From contig JAHWGK010000001.1 in assembly GCA_020054495.1 (NCBI GenBank), positions 19,048 through 83,047 on the forward strand: a stretch of 64,000 bases of DNA, given 5' to 3'. Below the pieces are notes generated by a model. That model was not told where the DNA came from and did not search any database. It saw only the letters and a list, made by a program, of their open reading frames with translations. Below, piece after piece: positions 29,917 through 39,274 of the stretch; position 1 is the first letter of the stretch, and each line of letters starts with the position of its first letter. A program made the position numbers and the translations under genes. The DNA is from Thermoplasmata archaeon. GTDB taxonomy: Archaea > Thermoplasmatota > E2 > DHVEG-1.

Positions 29917-30963
29917 CTGCCAAAAAATGGTTATAATTCCGTAACACTACCAGATGCCTTAGTAAAAGATATAGACAATTTTGTAGATCAGAGTAATAAA
30001 TTGATTTCAAGCAGAAGTGAAGCGCTAAAATTAGCATGGATAGAGTATAAAGATAAACATATAGAAAATGTATTAGATAAATCTGTAAGAAAAGATACTT
30101 CCAAAGTGAAAATTGGCAATAAAGCTGTGGGGGATGGTGAACCTGTTTTTTTCATAGCAGAGATTGGCATTAATCATAATGGAGACATTGAAATAGCGAA
30201 AAAACTAATTGATATTGCAGTTGAAACGGGTTGTGATGCTGTTAAATTTCAAAAAAGAACAGTTGATATTGTTTATTCAAAAAAAGAGTTAGAAAGGCCA
30301 AGAGAAAACCCATTTGGTACGACTAACGGGGATCTTAAAAGAGGATTAGAATTCGGCGAGAAGGAATTTAGTGTAATTGATAAGTATTGTAAACAAAAAA
30401 ACATACTTTGGTTTGCATCCTGTTGGGACGAAAAAAGTGTAGATTTTATAGATCAGTTTAACCCACCATGCTATAAAATTGCATCTGCATGTTTGACAGA
30501 TGATAATTTATTAAAACATACAAAAGCCAAAGGTAAACCAATTATGTTATCAACTGGTCTTAGTACAATTGATGAAATCAAACATGCAGTCGATATTCTA
30601 GGAACAAAGGGTCTTATTATTTTACATTGCACATCAACATATCCTTCAGCACTAGATGAATTAAATTTAAAAGTAATACAGAATTTTAAAAAGAGGTTTA
30701 ATTGTCCAATTGGCTATAGTGGCCATGAAGTTGGTGTAACACCTAGTCTAATGGCGGCTGTAATGGGATCATGTGTAATTGAAAGACATATTACCCTAGA
30801 TAGGGCTATGTGGGGTAGTGATCAAGCTGCAAGTCTAGAACCTAATGGTATTAGAAGACTTGTAAGGGATATTGGACAAATATCTATTGTCAACAGTGAT
30901 GGAATAAAAAAAGTTTATGAGAGTGAATTACCGATTAAATCTAAGTTAAGGCGAGTTGGATGA
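29917..30963 (+). CDS. neuB: N-acetylneuraminate-synthase-family protein (short, no SAF) with N-terminal ribbon-helix-helix domain
   Basis: IAEIGINHNG, VKFQKR, KIASA, LHCTSTYP, GYSGHE, ERHITLDRAMWGSDQAASLE. In-frame upstream extension from CTG 29917 gives PKNGYNSVTLPDALVKDIDNFVDQSNKLISSRSEALKLAW. Confidence 0.85.
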   Translation: MPKNGYNSVTLPDALVKDIDNFVDQSNKLISSRSEALKLAWIEYKDKHIENVLDKSVRKDTSKVKIGNKAVGDGEPVFFIAEIGINHNGDIEIAKKLIDIAVETGCDAVKFQKRTVDIVYSKKELERPRENPFGTTNGDLKRGLEFGEKEFSVIDKYCKQKNILWFASCWDEKSVDFIDQFNPPCYKIASACLTDDNLLKHTKAKGKPIMLSTGLSTIDEIKHAVDILGTKGLIILHCTSTYPSALDELNLKVIQNFKKRFNCPIGYSGHEVGVTPSLMAAVMGSCVIERHITLDRAMWGSDQAASLEPNGIRRLVRDIGQISIVNSDGIKKVYESELPIKSKLRRVG

Positions 30964-31550
30964 AAAAAAAAATTGAAGAAATAATACAGGCGAATATAGA
31001 TACAACTACTAAACTATTGAAATCTGATTTGGAAAAAATCGAAGAAACAGTAAGTATTATAACTAAAGCTTTAAAGAATGGAAATAAGCTATTAATTTTT
31101 GGAAATGGTGGCAGCGCAGCCGATGCTCAGCATATCGCGGCTGAGTTTATCAACAAATTCAGATTTGATAGAGATCCTTTACCAGCAATTGCATTAACAA
31201 CAGATTCGTCCATATTAACTTGTATATCAAATGACTCTAGTTTTAGTCATATTTTTGAAAAACAAATAAAGGCTTTAGGAAACAAAGGCGACATCGCCCT
31301 AGCAATAACCACCAGTGATTCAATTTTAGAAGAAAATGCTCATTCATCAAATATTGGATTTGCACTTGCTGCATCTAGAGAAAAAGGAATAACAACTATC
31401 GGATTTGTTAGTGAGAAAAGTAAAACTATTTTAGATTACCTTGATCATTATATTAAAATTCCTTCATCGGATACGCCTAGAATTCAGGAGGCGCACATCT
31501 TAGTTGGTCATATTATTTGTGAACTTGTTGAACAGGAAATATTTCATTAA
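30960..31550 (+). CDS. gmhA: Phosphoheptose-isomerase-like SIS protein
   Basis: FGNGGSAADAQHIAAEF, PAIALTTD, SND, TPRIQEAH...HIICE; ATGA overlap with neuB. Confidence 0.85.
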   Translation: MKKKIEEIIQANIDTTTKLLKSDLEKIEETVSIITKALKNGNKLLIFGNGGSAADAQHIAAEFINKFRFDRDPLPAIALTTDSSILTCISNDSSFSHIFEKQIKALGNKGDIALAITTSDSILEENAHSSNIGFALAASREKGITTIGFVSEKSKTILDYLDHYIKIPSSDTPRIQEAHILVGHIICELVEQEIFH

Positions 31551-31568
31551 ATATCTAGGTAGAAAAAT

Positions 31569-32135
31569 ATGATTAGTAAAAAAATAGCCGAGCCGATATT
31601 AATTCATGGGAGTAATTTCAGATTAGAGAGTTTTAATGATAAATATGTTACAGAAGAATATGTGAGTTGGTTAAGAGATAAAGAAATTGCAGAAGTAATC
31701 ATTAGTGCTAACCCAAATGTTACAATAGAAAATGTTCAAGATTATTGTCAAAAAATGATGGAAAGTAATGACAATTATTTTTTTGCTATTGTTATGAATG
31801 CAAATGATAAACATATAGGTAATCTAAGATTGGGGCCTATTGATTATGATCAACGAAGTTGTAGATATGGAATGATGATTGGTAATAAGGATTATCATAA
31901 CAAAGGAGTTGGATCAGAAGTAGTTAAGTTAGCCTTAGATTTTTGTTTTCAAACTCTAGGCATGCATAAAGTCTTTTTAGATGTTTTAGAGCATAATAAA
32001 CCTGCGATTAAAATCTATGAAAAGAATGGTTTTGAAACTGAAGGAATACAACGTGACCAATTTTACAAAGATAGTAAATATTACGACGTTAGAATAATGG
32101 GTATTATTAATCCAAAGGAGAGAAATACCAAATGA
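31569..32135 (+). CDS. GNAT (RimJ/RimL-type) acetyltransferase
   Basis: YVSWLRD, HIGNLRLGPID, GMMIG...NKGVG, YEKNGF..EG. Confidence 0.85.
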   Translation: MISKKIAEPILIHGSNFRLESFNDKYVTEEYVSWLRDKEIAEVIISANPNVTIENVQDYCQKMMESNDNYFFAIVMNANDKHIGNLRLGPIDYDQRSCRYGMMIGNKDYHNKGVGSEVVKLALDFCFQTLGMHKVFLDVLEHNKPAIKIYEKNGFETEGIQRDQFYKDSKYYDVRIMGIINPKERNTK

Positions 32136-32818
32136 GCCGGCATATAGCAATGATACCAGCGCGGATGGGGAGTGTTGGTTTCAAACATAAAAACAGGAAG
32201 TTTTTTGATTGTACTGCAGATTTTCTTGATGATGTTAAATGGTTTGATAGAGTAATTGTTTCAACAGATGACCCAGTTGTAAAAGAATACTCAGAAAAAA
32301 GGGGATACGACGTTCACATTCGTCCAGAAGAGTTAGCAGGCCCTGTAGTTTCAATTAAACAAGTTTTTGAAAGTGTAATAGAAGACATGAGCATCGAAAA
32401 AGATGATATTCTTTGGTTGTTCTACTTACCAATTCTGTATAAGAGTCATGCTGATTTTGAAGAATCTAAAAAAATAATTGAAAAACCTGATGTGAAAAGT
32501 CTTTGTTCTTTTATCAAAGCTGAGACTCATCCATATGTTTGTTGGAATTACGACTCTGATAAAAAAACTTTAACACAGTATATAGAAAACGATTGTTTTA
32601 GAAGGCAGGATCAGCCACTGGCATGGGAGCACCACCATTATCTTTATTGTTTCAAAGCAGAGGAGATATCTAAGCTCGATAATGAAATGATAAATAGCAA
32701 AACATATCCTGTTTTTTTAGACGAGGAAACGGCTGAGAATTTGCTTGAGATGGATGCACCTTCAGATTATGAAAAATGGAAAAAGAAATTTGGAGAAAAA
32801 GGAGTGATTAAAAAATGA
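32132..32818 (+). CDS. Divergent CMP-ulosonate synthetase (NeuA/KdsB-like cytidylyltransferase)
   Basis: IPARMGSVGFKHKN, VSTDD, RPEELAG, FRRQD, LEMDAPSD. Confidence 0.8.
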   Translation: MSRHIAMIPARMGSVGFKHKNRKFFDCTADFLDDVKWFDRVIVSTDDPVVKEYSEKRGYDVHIRPEELAGPVVSIKQVFESVIEDMSIEKDDILWLFYLPILYKSHADFEESKKIIEKPDVKSLCSFIKAETHPYVCWNYDSDKKTLTQYIENDCFRRQDQPLAWEHHHYLYCFKAEEISKLDNEMINSKTYPVFLDEETAENLLEMDAPSDYEKWKKKFGEKGVIKK

Positions 32819-34170
32819 GCGTAACAGTAAATATTAAAAAACCTGTTATTAAAAAATCAGATGAAATATACGCACGAGCAGAAAAAATAATACCTTCAGG
32901 AACACAAACTTTTAGTAAAGGTACAAATCAGTTTGTAAGAGGATTTGCGCCCAAATATATTGCAAAAGGTAAAGGATGTTATACATGGGATGTTGATGGG
33001 AACAAATATCTAGATATGATAATGGCATGTCATGCAAAAATTCTTGGTTATGCAGATCCAGATGTAAATCAAGCTGTAAAGGACCAACTTGACATAGGAA
33101 CCACATACAGTCTCCCACATGAATTAGAAGTAGATGTTACAGAGAAATTAATAGATGCAATACCCTGCGCAGAAGCTGCTCGTTTTGGAAAAAACGGAGC
33201 AGATGCAACATCTATTTGTGTCAGAGTTGCAAGAGCCAATACTAATCGTGACCATATCGCATACTGTGGCTACCATGGCTGGCATGACTGGTATATTGCA
33301 AATACAGACCTAAATTCAGGCATACCATATTTCAACCAGGAACTGGCACATTCTTTTGCATATAATCAGATAGAAACACTTGAGAACATATTCAATGAAT
33401 ATCCAGATGATATAGCAGTAGTAATAATGGAAGCACTTACAATACTTGAGCCAAAAGACAACTTCCTCCACAAAGTCAAAAAACTAACACATGACCATGG
33501 AGCGCTTCTAGCATTTGATGAGGTTATGACAGGGTTTAGATTCTCATTTGGAGGAGCACAAGAGCTAACTGGTGTAACACCAGATATTGCAGCCTTTGCA
33601 AAAGCAATCTCAAATGGCATACCGCTTTCTGCAATAGTCGGTAAAAAAGATTATATGTTCTGCCTTGACAAAACATTTTTCTCATTTACATATGGCGGGG
33701 ACTGTGTAGGACTTGCCGCAGCAAATGCATGCATTCCAAAGCTTAAGAGAGAAAAGGTATCAGAACACCTTCACAAAGTCGGAAAAGTATTAAAAGATGG
33801 ATACAACAAACTTGCAGAGCAACACGGTCTTGCAGATTACACCAATTGTATGGGATATCCCTGCAGAACAGTTATATCATTTGACGGGCAGGGAACATAT
33901 GATTCCCTTGAAATGAAATCATTCTTCCAACAAGAGATGATAAGACGAGGAGTTCTCTGGGCTGCATATCATGCACTAACCTGGTCACATAAACTGGAAG
34001 ATATCGAATACACACTAGCCTGCTATGACGAAGCACTTGCAGAATTCAAGAAAATTGTTGATAAAGGTGACAAAATCAAATATCACCTAGAAGGCCCACC
34101 AGTAGAACCAGTCTTCAGAAAAGTTGCAGATTTTATGTCATATACAATGAAAGATAAAAAGGTAAATTAG
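32815..34170 (+). CDS. Class III PLP aminotransferase (GSA-aminomutase-like)
   Basis: TQTFSK, WDVDGNKYLD, FGKNGADA, GYHGWHDW, FDEVMTGFR, PDIAAFAKAISNG. Confidence 0.88.
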   Translation: MSVTVNIKKPVIKKSDEIYARAEKIIPSGTQTFSKGTNQFVRGFAPKYIAKGKGCYTWDVDGNKYLDMIMACHAKILGYADPDVNQAVKDQLDIGTTYSLPHELEVDVTEKLIDAIPCAEAARFGKNGADATSICVRVARANTNRDHIAYCGYHGWHDWYIANTDLNSGIPYFNQELAHSFAYNQIETLENIFNEYPDDIAVVIMEALTILEPKDNFLHKVKKLTHDHGALLAFDEVMTGFRFSFGGAQELTGVTPDIAAFAKAISNGIPLSAIVGKKDYMFCLDKTFFSFTYGGDCVGLAAANACIPKLKREKVSEHLHKVGKVLKDGYNKLAEQHGLADYTNCMGYPCRTVISFDGQGTYDSLEMKSFFQQEMIRRGVLWAAYHALTWSHKLEDIEYTLACYDEALAEFKKIVDKGDKIKYHLEGPPVEPVFRKVADFMSYTMKDKKVN

Positions 34171-34173
34171 CCA

Positions 34174-35016
34174 ATGAAGAAAATAGGAATCGTACAGGGG
34201 AGATTATCACCACCGGTAGATAATCAAATACAAGCGTTTCCAATATATACATGGAAAGATGAGTTTCCAATATATGAACAACTTGGGCTTTCCTGTATCG
34301 ATTGGTTATTCAAATATGAAACAGTTGCAGGTAACCCCTTAAGCTCTGATTCTGGGATTGAACAGATTAAAGAACTATGTCACAAGCACAATGTCAAGAT
34401 AAACGCAGTTTTATCTGATTATTTCATGGTTAAAAAACTGTTTGGCGAAGAAGCAGATGAATCGATTAAAACCCTGTATTTTTTAATTGACCAATGTAAC
34501 AAATGTGGCATACCAAACATTGTTCTTCCTTTTGTGGATAATGCTGCTATAAAAGCAGAAGAGGATAAAAAACAAATAGTCGAAAATCTAACAGAACATA
34601 TACGATATGCTAACAAGAAAAATATCAATATCATAATAGAAGGGAGTTTGGAACCTGTTGTGTTTAGAGATTTTATAATATCTTTCAAACCTCTTAATAT
34701 GAAAATTAACTATGACATGGGTAACAGCACTGGTCTTGGTTATAATCCTAGAGAAGAAATAAGATTATTAGGAGAGTTTTTCGGAAGTGTTCATATCAAA
34801 GATAAAATAAAAAGTGGCGGAACTGTACCACTAGGTACTGGTAATGTAGATTTCGAAACAGTTTTTAATGAGCTTAAAAATATTGATTATTCTGGAAATT
34901 TTGTTTTAGAAACAGCACGCCAGGATTTAGAAGAGACTAAATTTATAAATGATAGAGTAGAAACAATAAAAAATTATATTAATTTCGTAAAACCATATCT
35001 AGAGGGATTTGAATGA
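34174..35016 (+). CDS. Sugar-phosphate isomerase/epimerase (xylose-isomerase-like TIM barrel)
   Basis: IGIVQGRLSPP, QAFP, NYDMGN, VHIKD, GTGNVDF, FVLET. Confidence 0.8.
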   Translation: MKKIGIVQGRLSPPVDNQIQAFPIYTWKDEFPIYEQLGLSCIDWLFKYETVAGNPLSSDSGIEQIKELCHKHNVKINAVLSDYFMVKKLFGEEADESIKTLYFLIDQCNKCGIPNIVLPFVDNAAIKAEEDKKQIVENLTEHIRYANKKNINIIIEGSLEPVVFRDFIISFKPLNMKINYDMGNSTGLGYNPREEIRLLGEFFGSVHIKDKIKSGGTVPLGTGNVDFETVFNELKNIDYSGNFVLETARQDLEETKFINDRVETIKNYINFVKPYLEGFE

Positions 35017-35828
35017 GATTTAGTTTAAAAAATCAGATAGTTGTAATAACAGGTGGCGGTGGTTTCCTAGGTGGTAAGCATGCCGAAGCAATAGCAGAAA
35101 TAGAAGGCATTCCGATCCTGATAGACATTGATGAAGAAAGTGCGAAGGCTAAAGCAAAATCAATTGAGGAAGAATATGGCAGTGCAGCATTAGGTTACAA
35201 AGTAGATATTACATCTACCGAAGAAATTGAAACGCTTGCAGATGATCTTTTAAAAAGATTTGATAAAATTGATGTATTAATCAATAATGCAGCCATGAAT
35301 CCTCAGATGGATTATAAAACAGAGAAAGAAGAAACACGTTTAGAAAACTTCTCTCTTGAACGCTGGAATGATGAAGTTTCTGTTGGACTCACGGGTGCTT
35401 TTATTTGTAGTAAAATTATTGGTCCACATATGGCAAAAAGAGGTAAAGGTGTAATTTTGAATATTGCCTCTGACCTTGGACTTATAGCTCCAGATCAAAG
35501 AATATATCGGAAAAAAAACCTTTCAGACGACAAGCAGCCTGTTAAACCTGTTACTTACACTGTGGTAAAACATGGTCTTATAGGTTTAACACGTTACTTA
35601 GCAACTTATTGGTGTGATAAAGGAGTTCGTGTCAATGCTTTATGTCCAGGCGGAATATACAATAATCAACCTGAAGATTTCGTAGAAAAGCTTACGAATC
35701 TTATACCTCTCGGGAGAATGGCCAATCCCGACGATTACAAGGGAGCCATTCAGTTTATGTGTAGTGATGCCTCTATTTATATGACTGGTTCAATTGTTGT
35801 AATAGATGGCGGACGTACCTGCTGGTAA
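35013..35828 (+). CDS. Classical SDR oxidoreductase (PtmA-like)
   Basis: TGGGGFLG, LINNAA, NIASDLG, YTVVKHG, VRVNALCPGG, VIDGG. Confidence 0.88.
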   Translation: MRFSLKNQIVVITGGGGFLGGKHAEAIAEIEGIPILIDIDEESAKAKAKSIEEEYGSAALGYKVDITSTEEIETLADDLLKRFDKIDVLINNAAMNPQMDYKTEKEETRLENFSLERWNDEVSVGLTGAFICSKIIGPHMAKRGKGVILNIASDLGLIAPDQRIYRKKNLSDDKQPVKPVTYTVVKHGLIGLTRYLATYWCDKGVRVNALCPGGIYNNQPEDFVEKLTNLIPLGRMANPDDYKGAIQFMCSDASIYMTGSIVVIDGGRTCW

Positions 35829-35884
35829 AAAGGATTAATTTTTATAGTTAAACATATAAAGACAAGATATTTTCCTATATCTCT

Positions 35885-36346
35885 ATGTATTCTAAGATAA
35901 AACTACTAGCATTAGATTTTGATGGGGTTATGACTGATAACAAGGTTATTGTGGATGAAAACGGTAAGGAATCAGTTGTTTGCAATAGAAGCGATGGAAT
36001 GGGTATAGAGAAAATAAAAAAGAGAGATATAGAAGTAATTGTTATTTCCAAAGAACAAAATAATGTTGTAAGAGCACGTTGTGATAAACTAAGGATTCCA
36101 TGTGTTCATGGTATAGATGACAAGTTATCAATTTTAAAAAAAGAAATAGAAAAAAGAAATCTAACTCCCGAAGAAGTTTGTTTTGTCGGAAATGATGTTA
36201 ACGATATTGAATGCATTAAATATGTTGGGATGGGTGTCGCTGTAAACAATGCTTATCCCGAGGTTAAAAAAATAGCAAAAATGGTTACAGAAAAAACCGG
36301 TGGTGAAGGAGCAGTAAGGGAAGTAATTGACAAAATATTATCCTAG
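35885..36346 (+). CDS. KdsC-like HAD phosphatase (ulosonate-phosphate phosphatase)
   Basis: LDFDGVMTD, NRSDGMG, VGNDVND, GGEGAVRE. Confidence 0.88.
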   Translation: MYSKIKLLALDFDGVMTDNKVIVDENGKESVVCNRSDGMGIEKIKKRDIEVIVISKEQNNVVRARCDKLRIPCVHGIDDKLSILKKEIEKRNLTPEEVCFVGNDVNDIECIKYVGMGVAVNNAYPEVKKIAKMVTEKTGGEGAVREVIDKILS

Positions 36347-36356
36347 TTTTCCAGCT

Positions 36357-38003
36357 TTACTTTTCTTCTTTGTTTTTTAACTCAGATTTTACATAGCCCA
36401 TCATTTTTTTAGGATGAAAAAGGTCTATGAAAAAATGAAAATCATCTTTTTTAAACTCCCTTAACGCAAATAATACTGCCATATAAATTGCCAGTCCAAC
36501 TAGTGAAAAACTGATTAAATGATACCAGCGGAATAATACAATAAATGACTTAAGATAATATAGAGTTCCTCCCATAACTATGCCCGCTATGATATGTCTT
36601 ATAGTATGGCTTTGTAGGATTTTGATTCCTGTAAATCTTTTTGCTGCAAGTCTTGTACCGAAGAAATATATCAAAGCTGAAATAGCTGTTGCGGTTGCAG
36701 CTCCTGTTGGTCCATTAATGGATATCACATATGAGCTGATTCTAATATTTGAAAGTAAACCATTTTCTGGAATAATCAAATAATTTAAAATTATGTTTGT
36801 ACCACATAACATTACTCCAATTAATGCTTGTATCTTTGGTTTGTTTATACCAAGAACAAGATTTGCATAAGGAAGAGATATTCCATAAATAAAAACCCAT
36901 ATTAACAAGGTCATCAAAACGGGTGCTGCTGGTAAAAAAGCAGTATCTAGAACTATTTCGATAATTCGCGAGGCAAATAAAAGGACTACAACTATCGGAG
37001 GAATCAAAACCATCGAAATGTATCTTTCTGCTAAACGAACCGCTTTTTTAATTTCCCCGAAATTATTAGAAGCATGATACTTTGAAATTGTTGGAAAGAG
37101 AACAGTGCCAACAGCCATCGCCAAAATTGTTATAAGACCGGTTATACGTTGAACTGTGAAATAATAACCAACCTCTACAGATGTCCAAAAAAATCCTATC
37201 ATAACTTTATCAATATTTGTAGAAATAATAGCAATAACTGATGAAAATGCGACAGGAACGGCAAAGGAAAAATAGCTCTTAAATAAAATCCAATTAGGTT
37301 TTTTCAAAGGGTACTTTCTAAAAAGCCAAAATCCTACAAAAAATGTTGCCATCATGCCAAAGACATAGGTCATTGCCAAAGAACCAACTGCATGATCTGC
37401 AATGAATTTTTGGAGCGGTTGAATAAATTCCGGCCAATCAAACGCAGGGGTAACACTATAAAATTTACCTGCGACAAAAAATCCAGTAACCCCTGCCAAG
37501 GCTACAATGATTAAAAGAGGGGTTTTAACGATGGTTTCTAACATTTCCGCGATTTGTTTCTTTGCAATTTCTCGCCTACCAACAAAAGTATTAATCGGTA
37601 TAGATTTTAATAACGAAAAAATGGTGTAAATAAGCATGATGAAGAAAACAGATTCTGTTGTTGCATCTGTAAAACCTTCGTTAAAGATATATTTCGAAAT
37701 AAAATAAGTACCAATAAGAAGTATTAACATCAAACTCGTAAGAAATATTTTAATTACTACAAATGTACCGATACAAGTACCTAAATCTTGTCCTTCTGAT
37801 ACCCTTTTGATATGTGCTTGAGAAAAACCTAGATCAGTTACAGCATTAAACAAAGCAATAAATGATAATGCAAATCCAATAATACCAAGAGCGGCTGGTG
37901 CAGCTTGTCCCCATAGCTTTGCCAGTACAAAAAATCCAATAATGGCTAGAGTTTTGATAATAAAATTTGTTGACACAATCAGAAAAGATTTCCTGGCAAT
38001 CAT
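36357..38003 (-). CDS. Oligosaccharide flippase (Wzx/MOP family)
   Basis: About 14 TM segments; TDLGFSQA, NIDKVMIGFF...VGYY, LFPTIS, LNYLIIP...GAATAT. Confidence 0.88.
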   Translation of the reverse strand: MIARKSFLIVSTNFIIKTLAIIGFFVLAKLWGQAAPAALGIIGFALSFIALFNAVTDLGFSQAHIKRVSEGQDLGTCIGTFVVIKIFLTSLMLILLIGTYFISKYIFNEGFTDATTESVFFIMLIYTIFSLLKSIPINTFVGRREIAKKQIAEMLETIVKTPLLIIVALAGVTGFFVAGKFYSVTPAFDWPEFIQPLQKFIADHAVGSLAMTYVFGMMATFFVGFWLFRKYPLKKPNWILFKSYFSFAVPVAFSSVIAIISTNIDKVMIGFFWTSVEVGYYFTVQRITGLITILAMAVGTVLFPTISKYHASNNFGEIKKAVRLAERYISMVLIPPIVVVLLFASRIIEIVLDTAFLPAAPVLMTLLIWVFIYGISLPYANLVLGINKPKIQALIGVMLCGTNIILNYLIIPENGLLSNIRISSYVISINGPTGAATATAISALIYFFGTRLAAKRFTGIKILQSHTIRHIIAGIVMGGTLYYLKSFIVLFRWYHLISFSLVGLAIYMAVLFALREFKKDDFHFFIDLFHPKKMMGYVKSELKNKEEK

Positions 38004-38054
38004 GATAGGATGGTTAACAAAAAAGACGTATATAAATGATTAACAAATTAAAAA

Positions 38055-39260
38055 TTATAATATCTTACTTTTAGGCATTATTTCACCGTTGACGACTGCT
38101 CCTGGTCCAATAAAACAATTATCTCCAAGGATGGCTCCTACATTTATCATTGAATTTATGCCGGTTTGAACATTGTCTCCAGTAATAATGCCAAGTTTTC
38201 TTCTCCTTGTATTAATCTTATTTCCATTTTGAATAACCCAAATATTTTTCTTATCGAGACGTAAGTTTGCTACTTTTGAACCAGCTCCAAGGTTGCAATT
38301 TTGACCTATGATTGAATCTCCAACATAGTTCTGATGTGGAATATTACTGTTATCCAAAATAATTGAATTTTTCACTTCACAAGCATTTCCAATATGACAG
38401 TTGTTTCCAATTGATGTGTAAGGTCTTATGTAACAGTTTGGACCTATTTTGCAGTTATCTCCAATTACAACTGGTCCTTCTAAGTAACTCCCGCTCTTTA
38501 TTGTGGTATTTTTTCCAACAATAACTTTTCCTTTAATTGTAATATTTTTTTCAACAGTTTGTTCTGTCTTGTTGTCTATTTTCTTTAAAATTTCTTCATT
38601 TGCATCAAGTAAATGCCAGGGGTAAACAACGTCTCTCCATTCTTTGAGAAAAATTCCTTCAAACGCTCCATCTTCAGCCATCATATTTATTGAATCAGTT
38701 ATTTCATATTCCCCTCTAAGAGATTTTTTAGTTTTTTTGATATAATTAAAGATTTTTTTATTGAAATGATATATACCTGCATTAATATCATTTGAGAAAG
38801 GGTCTTGCATTTTTTCAAAGATTTTAACAATTTTGTTTCCTTTTATTTTAACGATTCCGTATTCTTCCGCATTTTGAATTTTATAGAGCCCCATGCTATT
38901 TTCTTTTTCTACAATTTTTTTTATATCTTGTTTACCAAAAATTGTATCTCCAGATAGCACTAGAAAATTATCAACAAATTTTTCAGCTGTCCCAATTGCA
39001 TGTGCAGTTCCTAAAGGTTCTCCTTGGCTAATATATTCGATTTTAACATTCCAATTTTTCCCATTTTTAAAATAATTTCTCACCATTTCGCTTTTGTAGC
39101 TAACAATAAAAATGAACTCTTTTATTCCCGCATCAATTGCATTTATTAAATTCCATTCTAAAATTGGCTTGTTTGCAATTGGAATCATAACTTTTGGGCG
39201 AGTGAAAGTTAGCGGATGCATCCGTTTTCCTTCACCAGCTGCAAGGATTACACATTTCAT
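38055..39260 (-). CDS. glmU: Bifunctional sugar-1-phosphate nucleotidylyltransferase/acetyltransferase (archaeal GlmU)
   Basis: LAAGEGKRMHPLT..RPK, LGTAHA, RGEYEITD, hexapeptide C-terminus with PHQNYVGDS. Confidence 0.9.
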   Translation of the reverse strand: MKCVILAAGEGKRMHPLTFTRPKVMIPIANKPILEWNLINAIDAGIKEFIFIVSYKSEMVRNYFKNGKNWNVKIEYISQGEPLGTAHAIGTAEKFVDNFLVLSGDTIFGKQDIKKIVEKENSMGLYKIQNAEEYGIVKIKGNKIVKIFEKMQDPFSNDINAGIYHFNKKIFNYIKKTKKSLRGEYEITDSINMMAEDGAFEGIFLKEWRDVVYPWHLLDANEEILKKIDNKTEQTVEKNITIKGKVIVGKNTTIKSGSYLEGPVVIGDNCKIGPNCYIRPYTSIGNNCHIGNACEVKNSIILDNSNIPHQNYVGDSIIGQNCNLGAGSKVANLRLDKKNIWVIQNGNKINTRRRKLGIITGDNVQTGINSMINVGAILGDNCFIGPGAVVNGEIMPKSKIL

Positions 39261-39274
39261 TTTTTCATTTTCTC

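Noticed and set aside
32815..34170. hemL (tetrapyrrole synthesis)
   Set aside because: Translationally coupled to a CMP-synthetase in a sugar operon, with no hem genes nearby
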